DNA of 64,000 bases from an uncultured bacterium (GCA_965368975.1 CBDUPA010000014.1:96001-160000), one strand, 5' to 3'. Shown: positions 27,664 to 38,549, counted from the first letter of the stretch. Program-made: numbers and translations. The notes: generated by a model from the letters alone, not told the origin.

Positions 27664-29685
27664 GTGCGCTTACCGCTGAGAACCGCCCTCCTTCTACTCT
27701 GGCTCCTGTCGCCAGCCTTCCCCACTGACCTCCCAGCGTCGGCCCAAACTCCGGCCCCAACGTCGTCCCCCACGACGCAGGCTGACGCCGAAACCGCAAG
27801 CACCGAGATTCTGCGTGTCGAGATCAGTGGCGTCGAGGACGAGGCGCTGCGCAACGTCCAGAGCCTGCTCGGCTTGCAGCGCGAAGTCCAGTTGCTGCAG
27901 GCGGAGCCGGACGCGGCTCCACGGGGTGACACTCCGCAGGGAGATACTCTGCAAGGAGATACCGTGTCGGGCGAGCGGCTGCGGCAGCTGTTCGAGGCCG
28001 GGTACGACGAGATCATGACCGCGCTCCAGCCTTTTGGCTACTACCAGGCACAGGTCGACGGCACCTTGCAGCGTGAGCAGGAGACCTGGGTCGCCCGCTA
28101 CCAGATCGATCCCGGACCGCGGATGTTGCTGACCGAGGTCGACCTGCACCTGCTCGGCGACGGTGCGGACGATCCCGCGTTCCAGCAGCTGGTCTCGGAG
28201 CTGCCGCTGGTCGAGGGTGACCCGCTGTCGCACACCGCCTATGAGGCGGCCAAGAATCGATTGCTGGGACGGGCGGCCGAGCGCGGCTACCTGCAGGCGA
28301 AGTTCACCGTCAACAAGCTGCGCATCGACCTGCAGGGCTACCAGGCGTCCGCCTTCCTGCGCTTCTACACCGGGCCGCGCTTCCTACTCGGCGAGGTGAG
28401 CTTTCGCCAGTACGAGGCCGAGGCACCGCTGGCGGCGCGGCAAGACGGAAGCGATACCCCGCACGAGCCGCCGCGGGAGCAGGAAATCCTGAAACCCGAA
28501 GTGCTGCGACGGTTGGTGCCCTTCGAACCTGGCGACCCCTACGACACCGAAGTGCTGATCCGGCTGGAGCGCGACCTCAGTAGTACCGCCTACTTCGACA
28601 ACGTCACCATCGTGCCGCAGCTCGACACCATTGAGGATCTGCGCGTGCCGATCGAGGTGCGGCTCACTGCCGGCCGGCGCGCGCTCTACTCCGGCGGCAT
28701 CGGCTACGGCACCGACACCGGCGCCCGCCTGACCTTCGACCTCGACTACCGGCGGTTCAACCGGCGCGGGCACCACGGTGACCTACGGGCACGGGTCTCG
28801 GAGGTAGAGCAGAGCGTCGGAGCCCGCTACATCGTGCCGCTGGCCGCGCCCTTCGATCGGGTACACCGCACGGACACCGACGACCCACTCGGCGGCCTGG
28901 CCTCGCACAGGGCACGCAGCCACACTTTGACCTACAGCGCCGGCTATTTCGACCTCAAACCCGACACCAGCGACAGCCAGACCGCGCGCATCGGCGTCGC
29001 GCTGAGCCGCAGCCGCGGCGCCTGGCAAGAAGTCCTGTCACTCGACCTGGAACGTACCGATTTCGAGGTTGGCGTCGACTCGGTCGGAGGCGACAGCGGG
29101 CGCACCGACCTGCTCATTCCCGGCATCGCCTGGACCTGGGTCGAGAGCGACGACAGATTGTTCTCCAGCCGTGGCTGGCGGCTGCAGTTCCAGATCCGCG
29201 GCGCGGACGACAGCGTCGTTTCGAACGCCTCTTTCCTGCGCCTCTACAGCGAAGGCAAGCTGATCCTGCCGCTCGGCGACCGCATGCGGCTGCTGCTGCG
29301 CGCCGAGGGCGGCACGCTGCTGATCTCTGACTTCCGTCAGCTGCCGCCGGCACTGCGCTTCTTCACCGGCGGCGACCGCAGCATCCGCGGCTTCGGCTAC
29401 CGCGACCTGGGTGGTCGCGACGAGGAAGGCAACCTGATCGGTGGCAAGAACCTGGCGGTGGTCAGCGCCGAAGTCGAGGCGCGCATCTGGCGCGACTGGG
29501 GCGCCGCCGTGTTCTATGACGCCGGCAACGCCCTCGACCGCCCGTTCGAGTCCCCCGAGCGCGGCGCCGGAATCGGTGCGCGTTGGTTCTCGCCGGTGGG
29601 CCCCTTCCGCCTCGATGTCGCCTGGGCCTTGTCGCGCGAAGGCACACCGGTGCGCGTCCACCTCGGCTTCGGGATCGATCTATGA
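27664..29685 (+). CDS. tamA: Omp85-family autotransporter assembly protein TamA
   Basis: ALQPFGYY POTRA, GYGTDTG, RFFTGGDRSIRGF, SPVGPFRLD. Confidence 0.92.
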   Translation: MRLPLRTALLLLWLLSPAFPTDLPASAQTPAPTSSPTTQADAETASTEILRVEISGVEDEALRNVQSLLGLQREVQLLQAEPDAAPRGDTPQGDTLQGDTVSGERLRQLFEAGYDEIMTALQPFGYYQAQVDGTLQREQETWVARYQIDPGPRMLLTEVDLHLLGDGADDPAFQQLVSELPLVEGDPLSHTAYEAAKNRLLGRAAERGYLQAKFTVNKLRIDLQGYQASAFLRFYTGPRFLLGEVSFRQYEAEAPLAARQDGSDTPHEPPREQEILKPEVLRRLVPFEPGDPYDTEVLIRLERDLSSTAYFDNVTIVPQLDTIEDLRVPIEVRLTAGRRALYSGGIGYGTDTGARLTFDLDYRRFNRRGHHGDLRARVSEVEQSVGARYIVPLAAPFDRVHRTDTDDPLGGLASHRARSHTLTYSAGYFDLKPDTSDSQTARIGVALSRSRGAWQEVLSLDLERTDFEVGVDSVGGDSGRTDLLIPGIAWTWVESDDRLFSSRGWRLQFQIRGADDSVVSNASFLRLYSEGKLILPLGDRMRLLLRAEGGTLLISDFRQLPPALRFFTGGDRSIRGFGYRDLGGRDEEGNLIGGKNLAVVSAEVEARIWRDWGAAVFYDAGNALDRPFESPERGAGIGARWFSPVGPFRLDVAWALSREGTPVRVHLGFGIDL

Positions 29686-32600
29686 CCCGCGAAGCCGCAC
29701 CCAAGAAAGCACCGAAGCGGCGCTGGCGTCGCTGGCTGAAGTGGTCCCTGCTCTCCGTGGGCTCGCTGACGCTGCTCGCCGCGGGCCTGGTCTACTGGCT
29801 CGTCGGTACCGCCGGTGGTAGTCGCTGGCTGCTGCAGCGGGCGGCCCGAGAGCTGCCGGTGGATAGCCAGCTCGATGTCGGTGAGGTCGGCGGATCGGTG
29901 CTGCACGGCCTCGACCTACACGACGTGCAGTACCGCGACGGTAGCGGCCCGCGGGTGACGGTCGACCGCCTGCGCGTCTGGCTCGCGCTCGCACCTCTGC
30001 TCGACCACCCCAGACTGCTGCGCCTGGACCATCTACTCGCCGACGGCGTGCGCGTGGAGCTACCTCCTAGCCCGGAGCGTCCACCGGAACCCGTAGAGGC
30101 ACCGATCGAGTTACCCCAGATCGAGCTACCTCTCGACTTCCACCTCGCTGACGGTCACATCACCGATCTCCAGGTACGCAGTGGCGCAGAAACGCTGTTC
30201 GAGCTGGAGAAAGGGGCCTTGGCTGCCGAGCTGGACGGCATCCACTCCGGCCGCGTCACGGTGGGCAACCTGAAGTCACGGCTGTGGCTGACGGCACCAA
30301 CTTGGGACCTGGAGGCACGCCTGCAGATCCGTCTGCGTGACGCCTACCCGTTGCAGCTGGATGTTGCGTCGCTGCACCACGAGGCACTTGCGTCCTCCGG
30401 CGTCGAGGACCCGGTGCTCCGGGGTCGGGCCGAGGGCGACCTGCAACGCTTGCAGATCACGGCGGCCCTGCACACCGGCACGATTGAAGCCACGGCTGGG
30501 GCTGTAGACGCCCCAATGCGCTTGCGCGCCGAGGTCGAAGACCTGCTCGGCGACCTGAACCTGCAAGGTAACCTCGCCTTCGACCAACTCGACCTGCGAC
30601 AGCTGGCTCCGGCAGCACCCGAGATCCGGCTGGCCGGCGATGTCGACTTCCGCGGCCGGCCGCCGGCACTACTGCTGGACCTGCGCATCGACGCCGAGAG
30701 CCCGGACTACGGCAACTGGCACCTCCGCGGCGGCGCCGGACTGCCGGATAGCAACCCCCTCGGCGCGGAGGCGCCGAGCAGCAACACCGCCGGGAGCACC
30801 GTGAGCTTGCAGGCGCTACACCTGCGGCGCACCGACGGTCCGGGCGAGCTGACCTTGGAGGCGCGCGTCGACGAACGTGGTATCGAAGTCACCTCCGTCG
30901 AGGGCGAGCTACTGCGCGGTCGACTGCACGGTCAAGGGCGCCTCGACTGGCAGCCGGAAGTGGCCTGGGACTTCGACCTACGCGCCGACGCGTTGGCGCC
31001 GGAAGAATTCTGGCCCGACTGGCCGGGCAGGCTCAGCGCCGAGGCGTCGATGATCGGCCGCCGCGACGCCGAGACGGCAGACCTGGAAGGCACCCTGCAA
31101 CTGCGGCGCCTCAGCGGTCGACTGCGCGGCAGCGACCTGAGCGGCAGCGGCGAGATCGGCTTCGGCCTGGATCCGACGCACACCTTGCCCGAGATCGAGA
31201 TCGCCGACCTGCGGCTGAACTGGGGGGGTACCCAGCTGCAGGCCCAAGGCCGAGTCGGCCTGCAGACACGCGGGCGGCAGGCACAGCGGGAGGGCTGGGA
31301 CCTCGAATGGCGTCTCGACGTACCCGACCTGGCCCGTCTCCAGGAACTGCTCCCGACTCCCGTCCCGACCAGCTCCGGTGCGAGCGACACCACCGAGCCG
31401 CTGCCGCTGCGTGGCCAGCTCCAGAGCCAGGGACGCCTGCTGGGCGCTCTCGACCAACCAGGCATCGAGGCCAACTTCGAGCTCGAGCGCGTCAGCTGGG
31501 GTCCCCGCTCGGTCCGGTCCGCCAGCGGCACCGTGCGCGCCGAGCTCCGGCCGGGCAGCCCGCTGCGCTTGCAGGTACAGGCCCAACAAGTCCGCGCCCC
31601 CGAGCTCGCGTCAGTGGCCCCAATCAGCCGCGCTTCCTCGGACCTGGACGAGCTGGGCGAGTTACAGCAGCTCACTCTGGACGCCGACGGCACGCCCGGC
31701 GATCATCGCCTGCAGCTACGCATCGAGGCTGCGGGACCACGGTGGCTGGAGTTGACGCTCGCCGGCAGCGCCGAGTTACCGCCGTTCCCCGACCTGACGA
31801 CGCTAGCCTGGCGCGGCACCGTCGAGCAACTGCGCTTCCGTGACCCCGCCGCGGGTGCCTGGAGTAGCCGTGACTCCACGGAACTGAGTGTCGCGGCCGG
31901 ACGCTGGCGTCTCGACGAGCTGTGCCTGCGGCGTAGCGACGCTAGCGGTACCCAGTCCGTCGGCGGTTTCTTGTGTGCCGCCGGTGCCCGACAACCGTCC
32001 GGCGCCTGGCGTCTCGAAGGGCGCGTGGAACAGTTGCCGCTGAGCCTGTTCGCCAGCTTCCTGCCGCCCGAGCTGGGCATCGACGGTGACCTCGACGGCG
32101 ACCTGCAGGCGCGCGGCGGCACGAGTGCCTCGGCAGGGCCCGCCAGTACGGCCAGCGAGACCAGCGGCCGGCTAGAGCTGACCCTCGGCCCCGGCCAGCT
32201 GCGGCTGCCCTCCGAGCCGGGCTTGCCGGACCTGCGCAGCCACAGCGGCGGCAAGATCGAGGCCAGGCTGCGGGGCGGCGTCGTGCGCGGCGACGGCCGG
32301 CTCGATCTCGACGCCCTGGGCTTCGTCGAGAGCCGCTTCCAGATCCCGATCACCACCTTGCCGCCGCCCGACGACAGCCGCGAGATCCCGCTGCGCGTCC
32401 AGGTGCGCACCGAGCTGCGTGACCTGCGCTTCCTCGACGCGCTGACACCGGCACTCGACGATGTGCGCGGCGTGCTCGATGCAGACGTCACCTGGCAGCA
32501 GGCGACCGCTCTGCAAACCACAACCCAAGCCACAGTACAAGCCACGGCACAAACCACGCTGCGAGGTACCGCGCACCTGCGTGAAGCCCAGGCCAAGGTG

Positions 32601-33740
32601 CCGGCACTGGGCATCCGCCTGCGCGACATCAGCCTCGACGCGCAGGCCGACGGTAGCCCTCGAGTACAGATCGAGGGCAGCGCCACCAGCGGCGGCGGCA
32701 CCCTGCAGCTCACCGGCAGTGCCTATCCGCCGTTGCCAGGCCTGGTGCCCGTGGAAAGCGAGGACGACGATCCTCTGCTCGCCGATCTGAACGTGCGCGG
32801 CAACGGCTTCCTGGCCCAGCGCAGCCCCGAGCTGACCCTCTACATCAGCCCCGAGCTGCAACTGCGCGTGCGCCGTCAGCGCATCGACGTCGAGGGCCAG
32901 GTCGTAGTGCCGCGCGCCAATTTCGACCTCGACGCTGGCCAGGCCGCGGTGCCGGTGTCCGCCGATGTCGTCTACGTCAACGATCAGCCGTCGAGCGGCG
33001 CGAGCGAGCCGGAGATCCCGATCTACAGCCGACTCCAGGTGATCCTCGGCGACGATGTGACCCTGCGCGGCGGCGCTCTGTCGCTGCAGCCCCGCGGCCA
33101 GCTGATGCTGATCGACCAGCCGGGCCGCGCCACCACCGCCGTCGGCGAGCTGGTGCTCGAGACCGGCACCTACACCCTCTACGGCAATACCCTGACCCTC
33201 GACGGCGGCACCATCCTCTACACCGGCAATCCGATCGACAACCCGGGCCTGCGCCTGCGCGCCTACCGCGCGATTGAGAACTCGGAGACCCGCGCCGGAG
33301 TCTCGATCACAGGCACCGCCGCGCAACCCGAGATCGAGATCTTCACCGAGCCGGCGACCACGCCGAGCGACTCGCTCGCCTACCTGCTCACAGGCCGACC
33401 GCTGGCCAGCACGCGCAGCACCGACAGCAGCATGCTGGTCGAAGCCGCCGCCAAGCTCGGCCTGCGTCGCGGCAACCTGCTGCTGCAACGCCTGGGGCAA
33501 AAGGTCGGCCTCGAAGAGGCCAAGATCGAGAGCCGCGGCAACCTCGAAGATGCCTCGCTGTTCCTGGGCAAGCAACTCACCGACCGCCTCTACGTCGTCT
33601 ACCGAGTCGGCCTGATCGAACCGGTCAGCACGCTGCAGATCCGCTACCAGCTGAGCCAGAAATGGAGCCTGCGTGGCACGACCAGTCAGGGTAGCGGCGG
33701 CGAGGGCAGCGGCGGCGATCTGCTGTACTCGGTGCAGTAG
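29682..33740 (+). CDS. tamB: Translocation/assembly module TamB
   Basis: N-terminal anchor, long beta-rich body, C-terminal LAYLLTGRPL...GKQLTDRLYV; ATGA overlap with tamA. Confidence 0.9.
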   Translation: MTREAAPKKAPKRRWRRWLKWSLLSVGSLTLLAAGLVYWLVGTAGGSRWLLQRAARELPVDSQLDVGEVGGSVLHGLDLHDVQYRDGSGPRVTVDRLRVWLALAPLLDHPRLLRLDHLLADGVRVELPPSPERPPEPVEAPIELPQIELPLDFHLADGHITDLQVRSGAETLFELEKGALAAELDGIHSGRVTVGNLKSRLWLTAPTWDLEARLQIRLRDAYPLQLDVASLHHEALASSGVEDPVLRGRAEGDLQRLQITAALHTGTIEATAGAVDAPMRLRAEVEDLLGDLNLQGNLAFDQLDLRQLAPAAPEIRLAGDVDFRGRPPALLLDLRIDAESPDYGNWHLRGGAGLPDSNPLGAEAPSSNTAGSTVSLQALHLRRTDGPGELTLEARVDERGIEVTSVEGELLRGRLHGQGRLDWQPEVAWDFDLRADALAPEEFWPDWPGRLSAEASMIGRRDAETADLEGTLQLRRLSGRLRGSDLSGSGEIGFGLDPTHTLPEIEIADLRLNWGGTQLQAQGRVGLQTRGRQAQREGWDLEWRLDVPDLARLQELLPTPVPTSSGASDTTEPLPLRGQLQSQGRLLGALDQPGIEANFELERVSWGPRSVRSASGTVRAELRPGSPLRLQVQAQQVRAPELASVAPISRASSDLDELGELQQLTLDADGTPGDHRLQLRIEAAGPRWLELTLAGSAELPPFPDLTTLAWRGTVEQLRFRDPAAGAWSSRDSTELSVAAGRWRLDELCLRRSDASGTQSVGGFLCAAGARQPSGAWRLEGRVEQLPLSLFASFLPPELGIDGDLDGDLQARGGTSASAGPASTASETSGRLELTLGPGQLRLPSEPGLPDLRSHSGGKIEARLRGGVVRGDGRLDLDALGFVESRFQIPITTLPPPDDSREIPLRVQVRTELRDLRFLDALTPALDDVRGVLDADVTWQQATALQTTTQATVQATAQTTLRGTAHLREAQAKVPALGIRLRDISLDAQADGSPRVQIEGSATSGGGTLQLTGSAYPPLPGLVPVESEDDDPLLADLNVRGNGFLAQRSPELTLYISPELQLRVRRQRIDVEGQVVVPRANFDLDAGQAAVPVSADVVYVNDQPSSGASEPEIPIYSRLQVILGDDVTLRGGALSLQPRGQLMLIDQPGRATTAVGELVLETGTYTLYGNTLTLDGGTILYTGNPIDNPGLRLRAYRAIENSETRAGVSITGTAAQPEIEIFTEPATTPSDSLAYLLTGRPLASTRSTDSSMLVEAAAKLGLRRGNLLLQRLGQKVGLEEAKIESRGNLEDASLFLGKQLTDRLYVVYRVGLIEPVSTLQIRYQLSQKWSLRGTTSQGSGGEGSGGDLLYSVQ

Positions 33741-33763
33741 CGCAGACTGATAAGGTGACACCC

Positions 33764-34645
33764 ATGTCGACCCACCGTGCCCGCCCCTGGTGGGGCGAAT
33801 TCACCACCCCGATCGGCGAGACCCGGCTGTGGCACATCGGCCCCTTGAGTCTGTGGGCTGAACGTCGCTCGCACGAGTGGCGCCTGTGCCACTACAGCAG
33901 TGGCGACCTGCTGGCAGACGCCTTGGCGATCGACAGCAAAGCCGACTTCCCGACGCCGGAAGAACTCGACAGCCTGCCGAGCCCGGCAGGTGCGGCTGCG
34001 GGCAGCTCACCCGGCAACGTGCTACGCGCCGGCGGCCAGAAGATCGACACCTTGAGCCTGCTGCCGGCCCTCGCCGACCGCTCCGTCGTCGCCCGGCCCG
34101 AAGATCCCTTCTCTATCCTGGCCGGCAGCGAAGGGACCTTCTACGTCAGCACGCTGCTGTGGCTGACCGTCCGCCTCGGCGGAATGGCGGCGAACGGCGC
34201 GGAGCGCACCAAGGACCGCCAGGCGTCCTGGCAGACCATTCTCGACATTCCAACGAGCCGTCCTGCTGATACCTGGTTCGGCCCATCCACGCGCGAGGGA
34301 ACACTCAGCTACGCACTGCAGACCAAGCTGCGGCGCGACGTCGACAACCTGCCGCGGCAGCCACACCGGGCGATCACCCAGGTCATCCTGCGCAACCGCG
34401 CCAACGAACAGCTGAACGTCGAGCGCTTCAACGTGCCGGTACCCGAGTTGGCCCTCTACAGCGACGCCGATGGCCACCTTTGGACGCCCGTGGTCGAACT
34501 CGACCGCCGCTCCTCTGGCGATGTCGAGATCCGGATGGATCGTGGCTTGCCAGAGGTCGCCGGCCCCCTGGAACTGGTCCGCGAGGCCCGCCGTAGTAGC
34601 TCGCGCAACCTGCTCGTCCGCACCCTCGGCTCCCTGCTGGACTAG
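33764..34645 (+). CDS. Hypothetical protein (DUF432-like) paired with mscS
   Basis: Coding-like ORF; LPALADRSVVARP, DTWFGPSTREG; family assignment tentative. Confidence 0.6.
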   Translation: MSTHRARPWWGEFTTPIGETRLWHIGPLSLWAERRSHEWRLCHYSSGDLLADALAIDSKADFPTPEELDSLPSPAGAAAGSSPGNVLRAGGQKIDTLSLLPALADRSVVARPEDPFSILAGSEGTFYVSTLLWLTVRLGGMAANGAERTKDRQASWQTILDIPTSRPADTWFGPSTREGTLSYALQTKLRRDVDNLPRQPHRAITQVILRNRANEQLNVERFNVPVPELALYSDADGHLWTPVVELDRRSSGDVEIRMDRGLPEVAGPLELVREARRSSSRNLLVRTLGSLLD

Positions 34646-34665
34646 CGAGTCTGACCCCGAACACC

Positions 34666-35529
34666 ATGCAAGACCTCTGGCAGCGCCTCAACACCTGGCT
34701 GACCCCCGAGCGCTTCGACTCGCTCCTTACCGCCATCGCCCTGGTCGTGATCGGCTACGCGCTGGCCAAGCTCCTGCGCTCCATCCTCGACCGCCTGGCG
34801 CGCACTCGCCTGAGCGCCCAGCACTCGATCCTGCTCGGCCGCATCACCTTCTACCTCGTCTTCGCGCTGGCGATCATCTCGGCCCTGCGCGAGGTGGGTG
34901 TCGACTTCAGCTTGTTGGTAGGTGCAGCCGGTATCCTCACCGTGGCGCTCGGCTTCGCCTCCCAGACGTCCGTCTCGAACATCATCAGTGGCCTGTTCCT
35001 GATCGGCGAGAAGCCGTTCGAGATCGGGGACACCGTGCGCATCGGCACCACGACCGGCGAAGTGCTGTCGATCGACCTGCTGTCCGTACGCCTGCGCACG
35101 TTCGACAACCTGCTGGTGCGCATCCCGAACGAGAATCTGCTCAAGGCCGAGATCACCAACCTCACACGCTACCCGATCCGCCGCATCGATCTGCTGGTCG
35201 GCGTTGCTTACCGTCAAGACCTGGTCGAAGCCGAGAAGGTCTTGCGCGCGGTCGCCGCCGCCAATCCACTGCTGCTCGACGAGCCTCATCCCAGGCTTTT
35301 CATCCTCGCTTTCGGCCAGTCGTCGATCGATCTCCAATTCTCCGTCTGGGCCACGCGCGAGAACTTTGTCGACCTCAAGACCGCCTTCTACCGCGAGGTC
35401 AAACAAGCTTTCGACTCCCATGGCATCGAGATCCCCTTCCCACAGCGCGTGGTCACCTTCGCTGGCGGCTCCGGACCCACCGCGCTCGACACGGGACCGG
35501 ACTCCGCCCCCGGACAGACGCTAGACTAG
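34666..35529 (+). CDS. mscS: Small-conductance mechanosensitive channel
   Basis: GFASQTSVSNIISG, PFEIGD, IPN, GIEIPFPQ. Confidence 0.93.
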   Translation: MQDLWQRLNTWLTPERFDSLLTAIALVVIGYALAKLLRSILDRLARTRLSAQHSILLGRITFYLVFALAIISALREVGVDFSLLVGAAGILTVALGFASQTSVSNIISGLFLIGEKPFEIGDTVRIGTTTGEVLSIDLLSVRLRTFDNLLVRIPNENLLKAEITNLTRYPIRRIDLLVGVAYRQDLVEAEKVLRAVAAANPLLLDEPHPRLFILAFGQSSIDLQFSVWATRENFVDLKTAFYREVKQAFDSHGIEIPFPQRVVTFAGGSGPTALDTGPDSAPGQTLD

Positions 35530-35536
35530 CCGCCTC

Positions 35537-37855
35537 ATGGCCGGTAACCCAGACAACCCCCAAGACCCACGTCTCGGCGTCAGCCGCGAGCTAGCCGAGC
35601 TGCTGACCCGTCCGGATGGCCTGCGCACCGCGCGCCTGCTGGAGCTGGCGGGTATCTTGCGCAGCTCAGGCTCCGTCGACCTCCCCATGCCAGCCGAGTC
35701 TTCGCCCGGCGGCCAGCGAGCCGCCGAGCCCGACGCACCGCGTCCCATCCGCATCTGGACGCCCGAGACGCGCACCAGCGCGGACGGCACGAGTGAGGGC
35801 GCCCGCAGCGAGACCGTCTTCGTGCGTCCCGAACCCGGCCCCTTCGGTGACCACCACGCACAGCGGCTCGAGATTCCGGCGCGCAAGCCGGCCGGCACCC
35901 TGCGCATCGGCTGGTTCGGCGAGAGCGCTGCCGCCGGTTACCTCTACGCCCCGCACATCACGCCGGCGCAGATCCTCGAGCAGTACCTGGACGCCGCCGC
36001 CGTACCCAACCCGGACAGCGCCAGCTCGGCAGGTGAACGTCGTCGCTTTGATGTCGTCGACCTGGCACGCACCAACGAAACCCTCGACGACCTGCTGCGC
36101 ACTGCCGAAGCCGCCCTGGCACAGCTCGACCTCGACGCCGCGGTGGTGTTCACGGGCAACAACTGGAAGCTGCTGGAAACGCCCGACGTCTCGCCCTACC
36201 TGCCCAACATCCGTGCGCGTCAACGCTATGCCCTCGCCCTGCGTTCCGCCGGCCTCGCCGGTCCGCCACGGCTGGCCGAGCGGCAGCTGGAGCGTAAGGT
36301 CACGAGCTTCTTCGACCGGCTCGCAGCCCTCGTATCTGGTCACGGGGTACCGGCCGTGATCGTCATCCCCGAGGTCAACCACGTCGACTGGGAAAGCCGT
36401 CAGCCCGTCCCCTGGCTGCCCGGCGACGGCGTCGCGAAGTGGTACGCCGCCTACGAGCGCGCCGTCACCCTGCTGACCGAAGACCTGGGCACCGCCTCTC
36501 TCGCAGAGGACGATCCGCGCGACTTCGCCGCCATCCTCGAAGCCTGCCACGAGATGCTCGATCTCGACGGCGGTCGGTGCGCCACCAGCCACCGCCTGCG
36601 CGCGCGGGCCCTGCTCGGCCGCGGCAAGATCAAGAAGGCGCGCCAAGCCATCCGCGACGAAGTCGACGCCGCCGGCATCGGCCTGCTCGCCTTTCTCGAC
36701 GCACCCCGCCTGGGCGGTCATGGGTTGGAACTGCTGCGCGCCGCCACCAAGGACCACGGCTTCGCCGCCGTCGACCTGCCCAACCTCTTCGCCGCCGACG
36801 CCGAAGCCACCGACCGGCAGCACTTCCTCGACTACTGCCACCTCACCCTCGCCGGCCTGCAACGCGCCCTCGCCGCCACCGCCGCTGTGACCCTGCGCAC
36901 CCTCGACGTCCCCCGCGACGTGTCCAAGCTGGCACCACCGCCGGCCGTCGAGCTCGCTCCCGCCCACGAAGCCTTGGCACACCTCGGCGCCGCCATCCAC
37001 AGCGCCCACCGTCTGCTCACCACCGGACCGCGCGGCCCCCTGCTCCAACACTGGTGCCGCCACGCCCTCGAAACCGATCCGTCGATCGCCGCCACCTTCG
37101 TCGACCTGCTCGAAGCCCGCTGCGCCACCCCCCTCCCCGCCGTCCTCACCGCCGCGCAGCAGCGCAACCGCAGTAGCGAGCACGTCCTGCACCACGCCCA
37201 CGGCTGGCGCTGGAACGACCTCGACGCGGACGTCCTGCTAGCGCTGTGCCGGGCCCTGGAAGCGCACGCGTCGACGTCCGAGCAGCCGCTCGACCCTCGT
37301 CTCGAAAGTACCTCCCCCGGCGAGTTCTTGGTCCACGCCCTGTCCGCGCACCGTCCGACCGACGGCGACTACCTCGACCTGACCCAATCTCCCTACCGCT
37401 GGCAGCCACTCGAACGCTTCTACCCCGAAGCCATGGATCTAGACGGCCCCGCCGGTCATGCCACCTACCGCTGCCCATGGCCCGAAGCGTCGTTCTGCCT
37501 CCCCATCCCGGCGGAAAACAAGCCCGAGCACGTCCAGCTGGAACTCACCGTCCGTCTTCCCCCGATTCCGGGCCTGGACGACGTGCAGCGTGAAGGCAAC
37601 CTGAGCGTCTACCTGGACGGGCGCCGGCTGGTGGACGCGGAGCTGAGCAAGGCATGGAGCAAGGTGCGCGTCGAGGTGCCAGCCGAACGTCTCCACCCCG
37701 GCCTCGCCCGCCTCAGCCTGCGCTGGCCGATGCCGCCACCGGTCGGCGAAGAGGCCTTGGACGCTGCGATCCAGCGGCTGGAGCAGGGGATCGAGGCGGA
37801 TGTGCACCCTGTCTTCGGGGAGATCTACTCGATCCGGGTCTGGTTCGAAGGCTGA
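35537..37855 (+). CDS. Large SGNH/GDSL-like hypothetical protein
   Basis: FGESAAAG (block I-like), TGNN, FLDYCHL (DxxH). Confidence 0.6.
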   Translation: MAGNPDNPQDPRLGVSRELAELLTRPDGLRTARLLELAGILRSSGSVDLPMPAESSPGGQRAAEPDAPRPIRIWTPETRTSADGTSEGARSETVFVRPEPGPFGDHHAQRLEIPARKPAGTLRIGWFGESAAAGYLYAPHITPAQILEQYLDAAAVPNPDSASSAGERRRFDVVDLARTNETLDDLLRTAEAALAQLDLDAAVVFTGNNWKLLETPDVSPYLPNIRARQRYALALRSAGLAGPPRLAERQLERKVTSFFDRLAALVSGHGVPAVIVIPEVNHVDWESRQPVPWLPGDGVAKWYAAYERAVTLLTEDLGTASLAEDDPRDFAAILEACHEMLDLDGGRCATSHRLRARALLGRGKIKKARQAIRDEVDAAGIGLLAFLDAPRLGGHGLELLRAATKDHGFAAVDLPNLFAADAEATDRQHFLDYCHLTLAGLQRALAATAAVTLRTLDVPRDVSKLAPPPAVELAPAHEALAHLGAAIHSAHRLLTTGPRGPLLQHWCRHALETDPSIAATFVDLLEARCATPLPAVLTAAQQRNRSSEHVLHHAHGWRWNDLDADVLLALCRALEAHASTSEQPLDPRLESTSPGEFLVHALSAHRPTDGDYLDLTQSPYRWQPLERFYPEAMDLDGPAGHATYRCPWPEASFCLPIPAENKPEHVQLELTVRLPPIPGLDDVQREGNLSVYLDGRRLVDAELSKAWSKVRVEVPAERLHPGLARLSLRWPMPPPVGEEALDAAIQRLEQGIEADVHPVFGEIYSIRVWFEG

Positions 37856-37858
37856 ATC

Positions 37859-38206
37859 TCAAGCCGCCTGCAGCAGGAACTCGACCTTCACGGCCTCATA
37901 CGGAAACTCGATCTCACCGCTCTCGACGCGATCTAGAATCCCCGCCTTGAGCAGGGCCGTGACGTCTCCGTGCACTGCCTTGACATCCCGGGCCACACGG
38001 CGTGCTGCCTCACGAATCGAGACCGGACCGGTGCCGCTTAGCGCCTTTAAGAGTTCCCAGCGCTTCGCCGTCAGAACCTTCCAGAGAAGCTCCGGACTGG
38101 TGAAACTGATGCGGGCAGCATCCTGCGATTCACCAGACTTCCACGCGCGGCTGAAGTCGGCCATGGCAGCTTCCGGAGAACGAACGTCGAGTGTCACAGT
38201 CTTCAT
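37859..38206 (-). CDS. HTH antitoxin (HVO_A0114/TumA-like)
   Basis: ISFTSPELLWKVLTAKRWELL, SIREAARRVARDVKAVHGDV; ATGA overlap with the toxin gene. Confidence 0.85.
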   Translation of the reverse strand: MKTVTLDVRSPEAAMADFSRAWKSGESQDAARISFTSPELLWKVLTAKRWELLKALSGTGPVSIREAARRVARDVKAVHGDVTALLKAGILDRVESGEIEFPYEAVKVEFLLQAA

Positions 38207-38502
38207 GTTCCCACCTCGTTGTCTCGGTTCCACTGGGCAATGGCTTCCTGGAAGTCGGCAAGCAGCTGGTCTGCCGTCGAGAATGCATAGGAGAATTCCT
38301 GCTCCCCGCGATGGAAGTGGTCGCCCTTCCCGGCTTCGTTGTCGTAGCGCAGCACACACAGCCCGTCGACCACGTAGGCCAAGCGATACTTGAACGAGTG
38401 TGCTGAGCCAGGAACTGGGCTTGGGACTTGCCACAACACCAATTCCGCGAAGGCTGTCTCCGTGTAGAGAACGCGAGTTCGGGCTAGTGGAACAGCCTTC
38501 AT
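38203..38502 (-). CDS. DUF6516/TumE-like toxin
   Basis: HSFKYRLAY...LRYDNEAGKGDHFH. Confidence 0.85.
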   Translation of the reverse strand: MKAVPLARTRVLYTETAFAELVLWQVPSPVPGSAHSFKYRLAYVVDGLCVLRYDNEAGKGDHFHRGEQEFSYAFSTADQLLADFQEAIAQWNRDNEVGT

Positions 38503-38549
38503 GTTGGAGAAGGTACCAACACCCTAGTCCGTTGTCAACTACTCCAACA
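38502..38549. promoter_or_regulatory. Probable TA autoregulatory operator
   Basis: TGTTGGAG (38502-09) / CTCCAACA (38542-49) inverted repeat enclosing GTTGTCAAC. Confidence 0.5.
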
